Source: Escherichia coli phage Wa28. Taken from it: DNA of 64,000 nt. This document shows, in pieces, positions 51,208-60,522 of this stretch (positions within the stretch are counted from its first letter, which is position 1; each line of letters starts with the position of its first letter). The position numbers and the translations under genes are program-made. The DNA lies in the sequence record LC788710.1; one strand, given 5' to 3'. Under the pieces are notes generated by a model. The model saw nothing but the letters and a program-made list of their open reading frames with translations, searched no databases and had not been told where the DNA came from.

Positions 51208-51862
51208 GTGCTGCTAACCTGTCTTTATCTGATACGGTAATCATATCAGGCTCACCAGTTCCTAGTACACCGAAGATATACTGTTCGAGAACTTGGTGTA
51301 AACGGTATAAGTTACTTTCAATTTCCTGCCACGGAATACCTGACTGGTGGAAACGAATGTTTGTCTGAATTACGAAGTTACGAACATCATCGTTATCGTT
51401 CTTCTTAATACCTTTCACATATGCAATTGGTACGCGCAGTTCAGATAAGATACGTTCTGCTTTAGGTTTTGCTTCAACCAACATATCTCGCATGGTTTCA
51501 CGAACATCACCACGATTCTTGTCTAGTAAGTAAGAACGGGCATGTAATCCCATTTCTTCCATTTTATCAAATACAGCATCGATGTTGAACGTTTTGAAAC
51601 TGAATGCCGGATGCCAGCAGGACAGCTCATGTAACCAGTAAACTTCACCTGCAATAAACAGCGGATTTACTGAGTATTCGAAATCACCACGGAAGGATAA
51701 GGAACCTTCACGAAACACCTGACGATTATGAACAATATTCTTTTCTACATCGTCGGTTACTTTTACTCGCAGCTCTTCAGTTTTACGCTCCCAGACACGA
51801 TCTGGATCAAATAAACTATTCTGCAAATCGTATACATCATTGAACTTTGAAATGATTCTCAT
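51164..51862 (-). CDS. hypothetical protein
   Basis: 232 aa; promoter upstream. Confidence 0.45.
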   Translation of the reverse strand: MRIISKFNDVYDLQNSLFDPDRVWERKTEELRVKVTDDVEKNIVHNRQVFREGSLSFRGDFEYSVNPLFIAGEVYWLHELSCWHPAFSFKTFNIDAVFDKMEEMGLHARSYLLDKNRGDVRETMRDMLVEAKPKAERILSELRVPIAYVKGIKKNDNDDVRNFVIQTNIRFHQSGIPWQEIESNLYRLHQVLEQYIFGVLGTGEPDMITVSDKDRLAAHGFDTKTSFRNMAR

Positions 51863-51893
51863 AAATTATCCTTTTGCCTCAATCTATAAACAT

Positions 51894-51922
51894 ATTATAC
51901 AATACTTGTGGCATCTGAGCAA
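51894..51922 (-). promoter_or_regulatory. T5-type sigma70 promoter (TTGCTC-17-TATAAT)
   Basis: conserved architecture. Confidence 0.55.
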
Positions 51923-52007
51923 CTGAAATTTTATTACAAAAATAGCCCAGTCGCAAAATTGCAGGCTGGGCTTTGTCATTATTATTCTTGCTAGGAGGTG
52001 ATTATCA

Positions 52008-52397
52008 TCACTCTTGTTTACTTAATTCTCTAGCACGACGTAGCGATCCAGCGGTTCTCCATAGTTTAATGTCGTCAACAACTTCTTTGTAGGGAGCAAT
52101 AGTAAGACCTAGCGGCCCCGCTACCAACAGTCCAAAGAAACCAATTACACGCATGTAAAGCAAGCATTCTTTGGGAGTCATTGACTGGACAGCCTGTCTT
52201 TCCTCAGCACTGTCGAACTCGTGTTCTCGATCGTCTAAACGTAGGTACTTAATAAACCATTCAGCAGAATATTCATCCAGATGACGAATAACTGCAATAG
52301 CATAGCCTAAACCAATAATAAACCATGCTGCTACAATGAATAAAATAAAGCTCATGATATCTCCAGTTAAAGTTGAGGTCAGCGACCAACTCACCAC
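52008..52397 (-). CDS. membrane protein
   Basis: 129 aa, two TM helices. Confidence 0.4.
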   Translation of the reverse strand: MVSWSLTSTLTGDIMSFILFIVAAWFIIGLGYAIAVIRHLDEYSAEWFIKYLRLDDREHEFDSAEERQAVQSMTPKECLLYMRVIGFFGLLVAGPLGLTIAPYKEVVDDIKLWRTAGSLRRARELSKQE

Positions 52398-52472
52398 TTA
52401 CCGCACTAAAGGGGCACGACTCCCTTATCCGTAACAGTTGCAGGTGACGCAACTCGGTCCTACGCGAGTTCT

Positions 52473-52757
52473 TTACTTGCTCTGCATTTCAGCGCGAAAC
52501 TTTTTCATCTTACGAGTTTTACGGAAGAAGAAGTAAGTAGCTACTGGCCCGAACAAGGTGTCCATGATAAGCATACCTGACATAATGAATTTGAACATCT
52601 TTTCATCGTCAAATTCTGCTAATTCTGGTGGACGATATTTGTTTATAACATAAAGAATAACATCTTTATTTTTAGAGATATACAGATCATCAATCAGGCT
52701 GTAAATCGCGACAACTGCACCAATAACAAACCACAAAGCAAATGGAGAGATAATCAT
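52473..52757 (-). CDS. membrane protein
   Basis: 94 aa. Confidence 0.35.
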   Translation of the reverse strand: MIISPFALWFVIGAVVAIYSLIDDLYISKNKDVILYVINKYRPPELAEFDDEKMFKFIMSGMLIMDTLFGPVATYFFFRKTRKMKKFRAEMQSK

Positions 52758-53047
52758 TTAAGATCCTTTTCATCAATTAGAATAGTAACAAACAATGGTA
52801 CACAACCTGGGCACAAATCTTTACCAAACTTTTCCATCACATCCCAAAGTGGTAAAGTAATCACACCATTCTTAACTCTAGAATCTGTATACTCAGCTAT
52901 TCGTTTATTTGCAAAATCAGTAGCTAAATCTGAGTTATGCTCGTAGCTATAATCAGTCCAGAATTTAACATGATCCTTTCTAAGATATTCTAGCACAGCA
53001 TCAGTTGCTGGAATCTGTACTAGACTGTTGAGATTTAGCTCTTTCAC
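52754..53047 (-). CDS. hypothetical protein
   Basis: 97 aa. Confidence 0.35.
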   Translation of the reverse strand: MKELNLNSLVQIPATDAVLEYLRKDHVKFWTDYSYEHNSDLATDFANKRIAEYTDSRVKNGVITLPLWDVMEKFGKDLCPGCVPLFVTILIDEKDLK

Positions 53048-53498
53048 GTTCTTCTCTCCGACGTTTGCGTTCTTTCATCATGTAAGCTGCTACAACTTCA
53101 TGGTAGTAGTCGTTAATGTTACCTTCAGGCAAGAAATGCTTAATCGTTTCTAGCTGGCAGACAACACGGTAAAGATGTTTATTTGGTAAACATAATTTCA
53201 TGCCCATAACAAATCCAGAGAAGCCTGGAACACTGAACATGGGTTGGGCTTCTACGTTGCCCTCTGGATTGATACTAAGTTCAATCGAGATGCCCATTTT
53301 CATGCTATAAAGCTGACAGCCTTCACCATTGCCAAATCTTGACCAAACAGTGAAGTCCTCATCTATCTGATCTTGGATTTCTTCGACTGCATGTTTAATT
53401 CTAGGGTCTAAATTACTCATCTTCACCTTCAAAGCCGCAGTCATAACGGCAAGTAAAAGAATCAGAACTATTAGTACGTTGAGTAGTGATTTCACCAC
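53001..53498 (-). CDS. hypothetical protein
   Basis: 165 aa. Confidence 0.35.
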   Translation of the reverse strand: MVKSLLNVLIVLILLLAVMTAALKVKMSNLDPRIKHAVEEIQDQIDEDFTVWSRFGNGEGCQLYSMKMGISIELSINPEGNVEAQPMFSVPGFSGFVMGMKLCLPNKHLYRVVCQLETIKHFLPEGNINDYYHEVVAAYMMKERKRRREERERAKSQQSSTDSSN

Positions 53499-53823
53499 GT
53501 TTACTAACAGTAATAGCCGGAGTAGAGAAGTTTTTATTAGTATAGATTTCTACTTTGCCATTACGTTCTTTAACATCACGTACTTTACCATATTCGGTGG
53601 TAATGCCGTTCTGCTGAACTTTAACATTACCATTTTTCATAGAAACTTTGGTAGATGCCAGAGAACCGAAACTAACTGCTGAAATTACCAGAGCAATAAT
53701 AAACTTATTCATCAGGATCTTCCTCATTACAGTCACGGCATACATCATAATCGTTGTAAGAATGTTCGTGCGCTTCACACCACCAGCCACATTCGTCACA
53801 CAGAAAGATTTCGGTCTTTTCAA
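53413..53823 (-). CDS. secreted/periplasmic protein
   Basis: 136 aa; internal signal-peptide-like segment, so true start is probably downstream. Confidence 0.3.
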   Translation of the reverse strand: MKRPKSFCVTNVAGGVKRTNILTTIMMYAVTVMRKILMNKFIIALVISAVSFGSLASTKVSMKNGNVKVQQNGITTEYGKVRDVKERNGKVEIYTNKNFSTPAITVSKRGEITTQRTNSSDSFTCRYDCGFEGEDE

Positions 53824-53986
53824 TGGCTTGGCCTAGTAATTCGTAGGCTTCATCATGTGTAATCTTCAGGCTACAAACATCAGCTACTTGTTGAACAATC
53901 AGACTCCCTACTTTGTGGTAGGACATGCAGGTTCCTTGTGCATCATGCTCAAGGACGTGGATAGCACAGTCTAAGCGATTTTTCAT
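53705..53986 (-). CDS. Cys-rich zinc-ribbon protein
   Basis: 93 aa; CDECGWWC...CRDC. Confidence 0.35.
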   Translation of the reverse strand: MKNRLDCAIHVLEHDAQGTCMSYHKVGSLIVQQVADVCSLKITHDEAYELLGQAIEKTEIFLCDECGWWCEAHEHSYNDYDVCRDCNEEDPDE

Positions 53987-54016
53987 TTCAAAGCCCTCTC
54001 ATCAATTTATATAAAT

Positions 54017-54045
54017 ATTATATCAAAAGGAGAGGGTTTTAGCAA
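54017..54045 (-). promoter_or_regulatory. T5-type sigma70 promoter (TTGCTA-17-TATAAT)
   Basis: conserved architecture. Confidence 0.6.
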
Positions 54046-54062
54046 ATGAATTATTTACGAAA

Positions 54063-54458
54063 TTAGTCGTAAACCCACCATAACCCACGCTTACGCAGGT
54101 CATGATCACGGTTATAGTCATAATTTTCTGGATCTTTCAGTACACGGTGAAGTTCGCGACGGCTTCCCTGACGAACCATTTTGTTAGAATGCCACTTAAC
54201 ACTTCTGCTAATAGAATCCCACCAGTGTCCATCTTTCTTCTCGTTACGGATGATATTTTCCTGAATCTCCTTCTCAATTTCATCCCAAGTTTTAGCCCAT
54301 GCTTCATTGGAGCGAACTTGATAATATTTCCACTGCTTACCATCCCTATCCGTGTAGATATACGGAATACGGATATTAGTGCTATGAAAATTATAAGTAG
54401 AACGATGTGCAGCACGCCAGTGACGATCACCAGATTGTTTACGGTATGTACGGCTCAT
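54063..54458 (-). CDS. hypothetical basic protein
   Basis: 131 aa. Confidence 0.4.
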   Translation of the reverse strand: MSRTYRKQSGDRHWRAAHRSTYNFHSTNIRIPYIYTDRDGKQWKYYQVRSNEAWAKTWDEIEKEIQENIIRNEKKDGHWWDSISRSVKWHSNKMVRQGSRRELHRVLKDPENYDYNRDHDLRKRGLWWVYD

Positions 54459-54766
54459 ATTACCTCCATTAAGTCTTTTAAATTAACTTAATGTGGGCGA
54501 ACTTCAAAATATAACATCAGTAATCTCCGTTGTCGTTGTATACTACCCCACTGCTGGGGAGTTCTTCTACTGTCACATTTTCGAATTCTATAGAACTTCT
54601 ATGGTTTCTAGCCAGTTCGATTGCTTCTTCCGCAGTTTCTGCAACGACAATAGCTGTACCACCTAACCACAGACCTCTATAGCTCACTTTAAAAATTTTC
54701 ATTTCGAAAATCCTATATACAAGAAAACCCCAGACTACTTATTCAATAGCTGGGGTTTGTTATTAA

Positions 54767-55066
54767 TTAGATAATTTCTACAATATCCTGAGTTACAAAA
54801 CCGTCGAATTCATCAGAGATACCACCTGTAAAGGTGATGCCCATAATCATTGCATCCATCTTTTTAATCTCCGAGATTTTCATGCCTGCTTTACTATTCT
54901 TATAGTATTTGCGAGGATTCCCACACATCCAACAAGAACAGATGCAAGGAGTGGTAGTGATAATGCCTAACCGCTTAGGACTTTCTTCATGTGGGAAGAC
55001 TGTCCAATACTTTTTGCGATTGTTTTTCACACGTTGCCGGTGATGGCGTCTTAATGCTCGATCCAC
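54767..55066 (-). CDS. Cys-rich protein
   Basis: 99 aa; CICSCWMC. Confidence 0.35.
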   Translation of the reverse strand: MDRALRRHHRQRVKNNRKKYWTVFPHEESPKRLGIITTTPCICSCWMCGNPRKYYKNSKAGMKISEIKKMDAMIMGITFTGGISDEFDGFVTQDIVEII

Positions 55067-55147
55067 ACATTTCTCCTAAAACTTGGGAGATAAATGGAGT
55101 TTGCTCGACTACCTTGCGTAGTTGGTAGAAATCGTACCCAAACCCCA

Positions 55148-55516
55148 TTACATCGCCTGAGTAAATGTACGACTAATAACGTCGTTCTGTTGTTCACGCG
55201 TCAATGCGTTAAATCGAACAGCATAGCCAGAGACACGGATGGTCAACTGAGGATATTTTTCAGGATGTTTCTGTGCATCCAAAAGCTGATCACGGCTTAA
55301 CACATTGACATTTAGGTGCTGACCACCCTCGACTTGAGGAACCACTTCCACATCTACAATGCGAAAGGCCTCAGGGTCAAAGTGAGGTGTGATACCTTCT
55401 AGATCTTCGACTAGAACTTTCTGTTTAAGTTCACCATCTTTAGAATATAGTTGAATGATCTGATTGTTATGAACAATGTTAATTACGCCAGACTTAAGAC
55501 TTTGATATGCTTTCAT
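55148..55516 (-). CDS. autonomous glycyl radical cofactor (GrcA/YfiD-like)
   Basis: 122 aa; C-terminal glycyl-radical fingerprint [17 protein letters not shown]. Confidence 0.65.
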   Translation of the reverse strand: MKAYQSLKSGVINIVHNNQIIQLYSKDGELKQKVLVEDLEGITPHFDPEAFRIVDVEVVPQVEGGQHLNVNVLSRDQLLDAQKHPEKYPQLTIRVSGYAVRFNALTREQQNDVISRTFTQAM

Positions 55517-55881
55517 TAGATCTCCCTGATGTTAGAATTTGGCTCAGCTTTTTGTTAACCCAGAAGCAAGATAAAAACTGGAAGGCAGGCTTGCTTATTA
55601 AGTGAATACCCGATAATCGCTCGTAGTCCGGCTTGTGGATTGATAGTCCCATTCAGTTTAATAAGCACAGGAGCTTTGATTTTAACGTTGCGATCTTCCA
55701 GGTCTGTTGCAACTACGTGATTGCTCACGCTAAGACAATGGCTATCTAAAGTCTTAGCTTCTACATTTATACTCCTGGATAGCATGGAGTTGCAGTCTAC
55801 TTCCTGCTGTCACGCCCGGCCATTTATAGAATGTGGACTCTCTTCTCAGCAGGATCTGGTACAATGACCTGATCCTCTGTT

Positions 55882-55957
55882 TGGTAGTTAGTAGTGGATT
55901 TGAACCACTGTAGTCGCTCCGTATGAAGGAGGTGCATAACCACTCTGCCAACTAACT
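55882..55957 (-). tRNA. tRNA-Met/Ile2 (anticodon CAT)
   Basis: hand-folded cloverleaf; T-loop TTCAAAT; anticodon loop TTCATAC; CCA encoded. Confidence 0.6.
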
Positions 55958-55963
55958 ATAATT

Positions 55964-56039
55964 TGGTACTCCGACTTGGGATCGAACCAAGATTTGACGA
56001 TTATCGGTCGCCTGTTCTAACCGTTTGAACTATCGGAGC
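55964..56039 (-). tRNA. tRNA-Ile (anticodon GAT)
   Basis: cloverleaf; anticodon loop CCGATAA (C at position 33). Confidence 0.55.
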
Positions 56040-56040
56040 A

Positions 56041-56334
56041 TTACATCATTTCGTCTAAGTAAGAAGTATACTGGTATTTAGCTTCTCCAGTTTTATCTAC
56101 TTCGACTTCTGTTCTAGGTACTTTTCGTACCAGACCGTGAATCATCTTGTACTGAATAGACTTAGATGGTTCGTGATCTTTTGGAAATACTTGTTTAACC
56201 GTTACTACTTTGAAGCCTTCACGAGGTGTTAGCACAACAACTTGATCACCTTCTTTTATTTTCCAAGACTCAGGAAATTCGTAAGTGTAGCGTTGACCAC
56301 CCGTTTGGAACACGACAGAAAGATAACGTTTCAT
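56041..56334 (-). CDS. hypothetical protein
   Basis: 97 aa; promoter upstream. Confidence 0.4.
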   Translation of the reverse strand: MKRYLSVVFQTGGQRYTYEFPESWKIKEGDQVVVLTPREGFKVVTVKQVFPKDHEPSKSIQYKMIHGLVRKVPRTEVEVDKTGEAKYQYTSYLDEMM

Positions 56335-56363
56335 TTGGTTTCCCTCTCATTAATTTATGTAAA

Positions 56364-56392
56364 TATTATAACAAGAAATAAGAGAGAAGGCA
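56364..56392 (-). promoter_or_regulatory. T5-type sigma70 promoter (TTGCCT-17-TATAAT)
   Basis: conserved architecture. Confidence 0.55.
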
Positions 56393-56408
56393 AATGAATT
56401 TTTAAATT

Positions 56409-56483
56409 TGGTGCTCCCACCAGGAATCGAACCCGGTTCAGATGCTTACAAGGCAACTGCATCGCCAGCAATGCTTTAGGAGC
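56409..56483 (-). tRNA. tRNA-Thr (anticodon TGT)
   Basis: cloverleaf; anticodon loop CTTGTAA. Confidence 0.6.
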
Positions 56484-56650
56484 AATAAACCCGTTATTTC
56501 AACGGAATTTCTTTTTCAAATACAGGAGACTTATCAGACATTACTGTCATAGCCAACTGCTGTAGAAATTCGAATGAGAGTTTTAAACGTTCTTCACCCA
56601 ACTCAACCTCAACACACTTCATTTGCTTATCAACCTTTAGCTTTAGATTA

Positions 56651-56872
56651 TCAGCCCTCTTCGGGTTCTCTTTGCTCAGCTATTGCTAGCCAGTCTGGTA
56701 AAAGAAACTTAGTACGAAATTCTTCATATGTTTCTTCTGGATGAAAGCTATAGCCTTGCTTTTCATCATTTAATAAAACCGAACCGTCTTCCTGTTCATA
56801 AGCTCGGTATGTTTCACCAATAATTAAAACTCGTCTATTGGGGTTTTTATTACGAAACTCAAAAACGTCCAT
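56651..56872 (-). CDS. hypothetical protein
   Basis: 73 aa. Confidence 0.35.
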   Translation of the reverse strand: MDVFEFRNKNPNRRVLIIGETYRAYEQEDGSVLLNDEKQGYSFHPEETYEEFRTKFLLPDWLAIAEQREPEEG

Positions 56873-56887
56873 AACGTTTCCTTAAGT

Positions 56888-56962
56888 TGGTGCGGGATAC
56901 GAGAGTCGAACTCGTGTCTACTGGTTGGAAGCCAGTTATTCTAGCCACTGAACTAATCACGC
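56888..56962 (-). tRNA. tRNA-Gly (anticodon TCC)
   Basis: cloverleaf; anticodon loop CTTCCAA. Confidence 0.55.
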
Positions 56963-56968
56963 ATAAAT

Positions 56969-57044
56969 TGGCTGGAGAAGGAGGAATCGAACCTACCATT
57001 AACGGAGTCAAAGGCCGTTGTGCTAACCGTTACACTACTCTCCA
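56969..57044 (-). tRNA. tRNA-Gln (anticodon TTG)
   Basis: cloverleaf; anticodon loop CTTTGAC. Confidence 0.55.
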
Positions 57045-57050
57045 AGTATT

Positions 57051-57126
57051 TGGCTGGGATGCCACGGATCGAACGTGGAACCTTCGGAGTCAGAGGCCGA
57101 CGATCTGCCAATTGATCTACATCCCA
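57051..57126 (-). tRNA. tRNA-Gln (anticodon CTG)
   Basis: cloverleaf with perfect acceptor stem; anticodon loop CTCTGAC. Confidence 0.6.
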
Positions 57127-57133
57127 ATAATTT

Positions 57134-57334
57134 TTATTCTACAGGAACCGTGGCAATTGGATCTGGTTCTTCTAGACGTTTACCATTATGGTCAACACGA
57201 ATAATACCACAACCTTCACAGATTACAACAGCACCATAGCCTTCTTTAACTTCGGCTTCTGTAATCAGACCAGAAAGATCACCAGTATCTTTGCCCCACA
57301 TATCGATAGAGCATTCTTTGCAGAAATCAGCCAT
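57134..57334 (-). CDS. zinc-ribbon protein
   Basis: 66 aa; CKEC...CEGC. Confidence 0.35.
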   Translation of the reverse strand: MADFCKECSIDMWGKDTGDLSGLITEAEVKEGYGAVVICEGCGIIRVDHNGKRLEEPDPIATVPVE

Positions 57335-57358
57335 ATTTTAGTTCCTGTATAAGTTAAT

Positions 57359-57433
57359 TGGTGCATCCTCAGGGAATCGAACCCCGATCGTAAAGTTCGT
57401 AGCTTTACATTCTTTCCGTTGAAATAAGGACGC
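57359..57433 (-). tRNA. tRNA-Arg (anticodon ACG)
   Basis: cloverleaf; anticodon loop CTACGAA. Confidence 0.55.
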
Positions 57434-57438
57434 ATATT

Positions 57439-57515
57439 TGGGGTGGCTAGTGGAATTCGAATCCACATAGGCCTGATTCACAATCAGGATCATTAACCAA
57501 TTATGATATAGCCAC
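57439..57515 (-). tRNA. tRNA-His (anticodon GTG)
   Basis: cloverleaf; anticodon loop TTGTGAA; perfect acceptor. Confidence 0.65.
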
Positions 57516-57896
57516 AATTGAATACTATTAGGGGATGATCAGTCCTCCATTTGGCCGTCTAAGGTACCAAAGTTAGTCATTCTGCGCACAGGTTTTTCTC
57601 CTGATTCTTTATTGCGAATGCTCTCTAATAATACTCAATTGTGGCGGCTCTCCGAAACTCTTCTACTCTAGCCTTAGCAGCTTACTCCCGAACGCATGTC
57701 GGGAAAGTCTTACTAAGAACATCAAATAGCACCGTTACACTTTGAGCCATTAATGTATCAAGAAGCAGAAGGACTTGAACCTTCACGAGATAGACCATTT
57801 ATCTCAGCCTCGTTTTCGGGTATCTTATGAGGAGTGGATGTTCCCCTTACGCCCTTTAGGAAGCCCCGTCTACCGATTCCGGCATACTTCAAGATT

Positions 57897-57986
57897 TGGC
57901 AGAAGATAATGGAGTCGAACCATCACCGTATCACTACAGCGGGCCGGTTTTCAAGACCGGTTACGTACCACTACGTCCTATCTTCT
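57897..57986 (-). tRNA. tRNA-Ser (anticodon TGA), class II
   Basis: 90 nt; anticodon arm CCGGT-CTTGAAA-ACCGG; long variable arm. Confidence 0.6.
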
Positions 57987-58213
57987 AGTATTTGTTCTAC
58001 TTCTTTTCGAAGATCTTCTGGATTATCATGATAGGTTGTTTGCCATACATAAATAACTCCAGTATCACATGCTTTATCAAATATTTCTCGCTCAGGAAGT
58101 TTCATGCCCATTGCGTACTTGATATGAAACTCTAAAGCTTGCTTACTAGGGAATGTATGACGCAAGAAAAACTTATCATTAACTAAATCCAACATCATAA
58201 TCTTGACTTTCAT
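57971..58213 (-). CDS. hypothetical protein
   Basis: 80 aa; 3-prime end overlaps tRNA-Ser. Confidence 0.35.
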   Translation of the reverse strand: MKVKIMMLDLVNDKFFLRHTFPSKQALEFHIKYAMGMKLPEREIFDKACDTGVIYVWQTTYHDNPEDLRKEVEQILEDRT

Positions 58214-58233
58214 TTATATTCCCTATTAGTTGT

Positions 58234-58326
58234 TTGGCGGAAGAAGAGAGATTCGAACTCTCAAGCCTGCTTTAACAAGTCAGCCACTTTCCAAGCGGTT
58301 TTCGTCACCTAATCGATTTGCTCTTC
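58234..58326 (-). tRNA. tRNA-Ser (anticodon GGA), class II
   Basis: 93 nt; T-arm GAGAG-TTCGAAT-CTCTC; anticodon loop TTGGAAA; fold less certain. Confidence 0.45.
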
Positions 58327-58501
58327 CGTAGATCTCAGGATTAAATCATAAACTTCATTAGCAGATACTGGAAGTATGAGATTATACATCTTTTGGTCAT
58401 ACCTCTGACCATACTCTATAAACACATACTCTTTAGTTAATGTATTAACAGCTAACCAGATATCAGTTATAGGAGTTTTCATCATGAGTTAATCCAATGT
58501 T

Positions 58502-58582
58502 TGGTAGGGATGGAGGGACTCGAACCCACACCCGAAGACTAGAACCTAAATCTAGCGCGTCTGCCAATTTCGCCACATCCCC
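58502..58582 (-). tRNA. tRNA-Leu (anticodon TAG), class II
   Basis: 81 nt; anticodon arm CTAGA-TTTAGGT-TCTAG. Confidence 0.55.
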
Positions 58583-58589
58583 ATTTTAT

Positions 58590-58808
58590 TTAGTTAGAAA
58601 TAAATAGTAACCCTGCAACAATGGAACCTATGCCACTGAATACCATTATCAGCATAGCTTCTAAGCTGATAAAGCGGACGTTATATGGAGCGCCCCAAGA
58701 ATAATCAGTAAAGAAAGTTTTCTTTTCTTTAGCTAAATCTTTAATAGTTCTAAAATAGATAGCTAGTGCTAAAGCTACAAGAACTACAGAGGCTGCTAAG
58801 AATACCAT
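58590..58808 (-). CDS. small membrane protein
   Basis: 72 aa, two TM helices. Confidence 0.35.
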   Translation of the reverse strand: MVFLAASVVLVALALAIYFRTIKDLAKEKKTFFTDYSWGAPYNVRFISLEAMLIMVFSGIGSIVAGLLFISN

Positions 58809-58827
58809 ATTATTTCCTTAATTTGTT

Positions 58828-58903
58828 TGGTGGAGTCACTCAGAATTGAACTGAGTTCCACTGCTTGCAAGGCAGTAAGTTTAACCAAATAACCTATGAC
58901 CCC
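58828..58903 (-). tRNA. tRNA-Ala (anticodon TGC)
   Basis: cloverleaf; G3:U70 wobble; anticodon loop CTTGCAA. Confidence 0.65.
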
Positions 58904-58908
58904 GAATT

Positions 58909-58987
58909 TGGTGGAGAATAAGAGATTCGAACTCTTCTGATATCCTCGGTGCAAGCGAGGTGTCCACTCCAAGCAGACCCATTCCCC
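58909..58987 (-). tRNA. tRNA-Ala-like (anticodon TGC), atypical
   Basis: 79 nt; G3:U70; anticodon loop CTTGCAC; G8G9 and 7-nt variable loop are non-canonical. Confidence 0.45.
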
Positions 58988-58996
58988 AAAATCTTT

Positions 58997-59225
58997 AAGT
59001 TTACTAAGGCTATTAGCTCGGTGTGCGTATTACCCTCAGACATTAGCCAGTAGAGGATAACCGCTCTTCACAAACCCGATACACTATTCAGTTGCCGCTG
59101 AATCTAGTGGACTAATCTAGAACTTATTGCAAAGTATCCCCCGCCATTAAGGGTCTACTTGCAATTGTGCTTTTTGGCAGCCAGTCCTAGGTCGAGCTAA
59201 TACCTTAGTGAACTTTGATGAGGAT
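58997..59225 (-). ncRNA. candidate structured RNA (~230 nt) closed by a ~24-bp terminal helix
   Basis: 58997-59022 pairs with 59200-59225 (2 mismatches); no ORF; promoter at 59250-59278 fires into it; leader hairpin GATGAGGA-gaaa-TCCTCATC. Confidence 0.35.
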
Positions 59226-59249
59226 TTCTCCTCATCAATTTATATAAAT

Positions 59250-59278
59250 ATTATAACAAGAAATTAAGCATCAAGCAA
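59250..59278 (-). promoter_or_regulatory. T5-type sigma70 promoter (TTGCTT-17-TATAAT) driving structured RNA and downstream tRNAs
   Basis: conserved architecture; -35 overlaps stop of upstream ORF. Confidence 0.6.
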
Positions 59279-59630
59279 GTACATTTTTAGCGATTTCTTG
59301 TATTTCCTTAACGTCACTAACGAAAAGGTAATCAGAGCTTCCAGAGTGCATACTCTGCATAACCACACCATCCTCTGGTGCATCTTCTTTCAAAGTAATA
59401 CCTAACCAGAACTCGGCAAAACTAGGTGTTACCTCACCTTGACTTGCCTTGAATACATCGGCTTCTGTGATCTCCTGACCAGTAGAGAGTCCCATGTACG
59501 GTACGTTCAGATCAATATCTTTGTAAAACTCAGCTAGATCTTGTTCGAAGTCCCAACCTTTAGAGATAGCGAACTCCATTGTTACATGACCGAAATAGCC
59601 TTGAACCTTGCTTGATAATTGCATTTGCAA
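59271..59630 (-). CDS. hypothetical acidic protein
   Basis: 119 aa. Confidence 0.4.
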   Translation of the reverse strand: MQMQLSSKVQGYFGHVTMEFAISKGWDFEQDLAEFYKDIDLNVPYMGLSTGQEITEADVFKASQGEVTPSFAEFWLGITLKEDAPEDGVVMQSMHSGSSDYLFVSDVKEIQEIAKNVLA

Positions 59631-59648
59631 TTCCTTATTTTGAGTTAA

Positions 59649-59722
59649 TTGGTACTCGGTGATAGAATCGAACTATCGCAACCGCCGTGTAAAGACGGGG
59701 TTCTCCCATTAAACTAACCGAG
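59649..59722 (-). tRNA. tRNA-Val (anticodon TAC)
   Basis: cloverleaf; anticodon loop TTTACAC. Confidence 0.55.
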
Positions 59723-59726
59723 CAAT

Positions 59727-59804
59727 TTGGTGGATTGCCTGGGATTCGAACCCAGAACTGACGGATTAAAGGTCCGCTACTCTTATCCGGTTGAGCTAGC
59801 AATC
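59727..59804 (-). tRNA. tRNA-Lys (anticodon TTT), C33 variant
   Basis: cloverleaf with perfect acceptor; anticodon loop CCTTTAA. Confidence 0.5.
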
Positions 59805-60269
59805 CAATTTTTCTACTAATAATTTAAAAGCATCTAGTACAGGTACTTCAAACCATTCCCCGGATACTCTGTAGTCTTTGAGAAGATTATGTAACTCTTT
59901 CTCCGTACGTCTTTTATCTGACGAAAATCTGAAATGGTGTAGCTTGTAGTCTCTATTAGGTGAATAGGTTTGATAACTTGCTAACCTCTCATTTACATCT
60001 ATAGTCATACCTATTTTATACATGCCTGGCCATGCGGGATTACCGATTACATATACAAAACCTTCCGTTATAGGTATTTTATGTTCTCTTTTGTATTTTA
60101 AGAGATTTAAAGCTGCCATTCGATAACAGAATTTAAATTCTGAAGTTTTTAACTTACCCTCTTTACCAGAAATTTCATTATATTTGCTCATATAAGCTCT
60201 TATAAGCTTATCATCTATAATAAAATTATCAGGAAGGTTTAAGGCAGCTAAAACTTTATTAATTAGCAT
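59796..60269 (-). CDS. T5orf172-domain (GIY-YIG-like) putative homing endonuclease
   Basis: 157 aa; VYVIGNPAWPGMYKIGMT...YQTYSP motif; paralog of 63369-63860. Confidence 0.55.
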   Translation of the reverse strand: MLINKVLAALNLPDNFIIDDKLIRAYMSKYNEISGKEGKLKTSEFKFCYRMAALNLLKYKREHKIPITEGFVYVIGNPAWPGMYKIGMTIDVNERLASYQTYSPNRDYKLHHFRFSSDKRRTEKELHNLLKDYRVSGEWFEVPVLDAFKLLVEKLDC

Positions 60270-60444
60270 AAACTTCCTTAATAGAGTAGACTTTCAAGTA
60301 AGGATGATTAATACCAAATTCCGCCATTACTTCATTTTCATCTTTACCATAATGGGCTAGTGGATACTTCTTACGATCTTTACTAGAACGTAAATCACTT
60401 ACTTTTAAACGAAATAATTTCATTTCGAAATCCTTCTATTAAAT

Positions 60445-60522
60445 TGGAAGCGGGTGCAGGAATCGAACCTACCTCTTTCTAGCTTATGAGACTAGCGATC
60501 TCTACCAGAGATCTAACCCGCA
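60445..60522 (-). tRNA. tRNA with CAT anticodon (Met/fMet/Ile2), 1:72 mismatch
   Basis: cloverleaf; anticodon loop CTCATAA; unpaired first acceptor pair. Confidence 0.5.

Noticed and set aside
55555-55951. ORFs 55555-55785 and 55754-55951 on the minus strand
   Set aside because: The second overlaps tRNA-Met(CAT) and both lack RBS and promoter signals; probably non-coding spacer.
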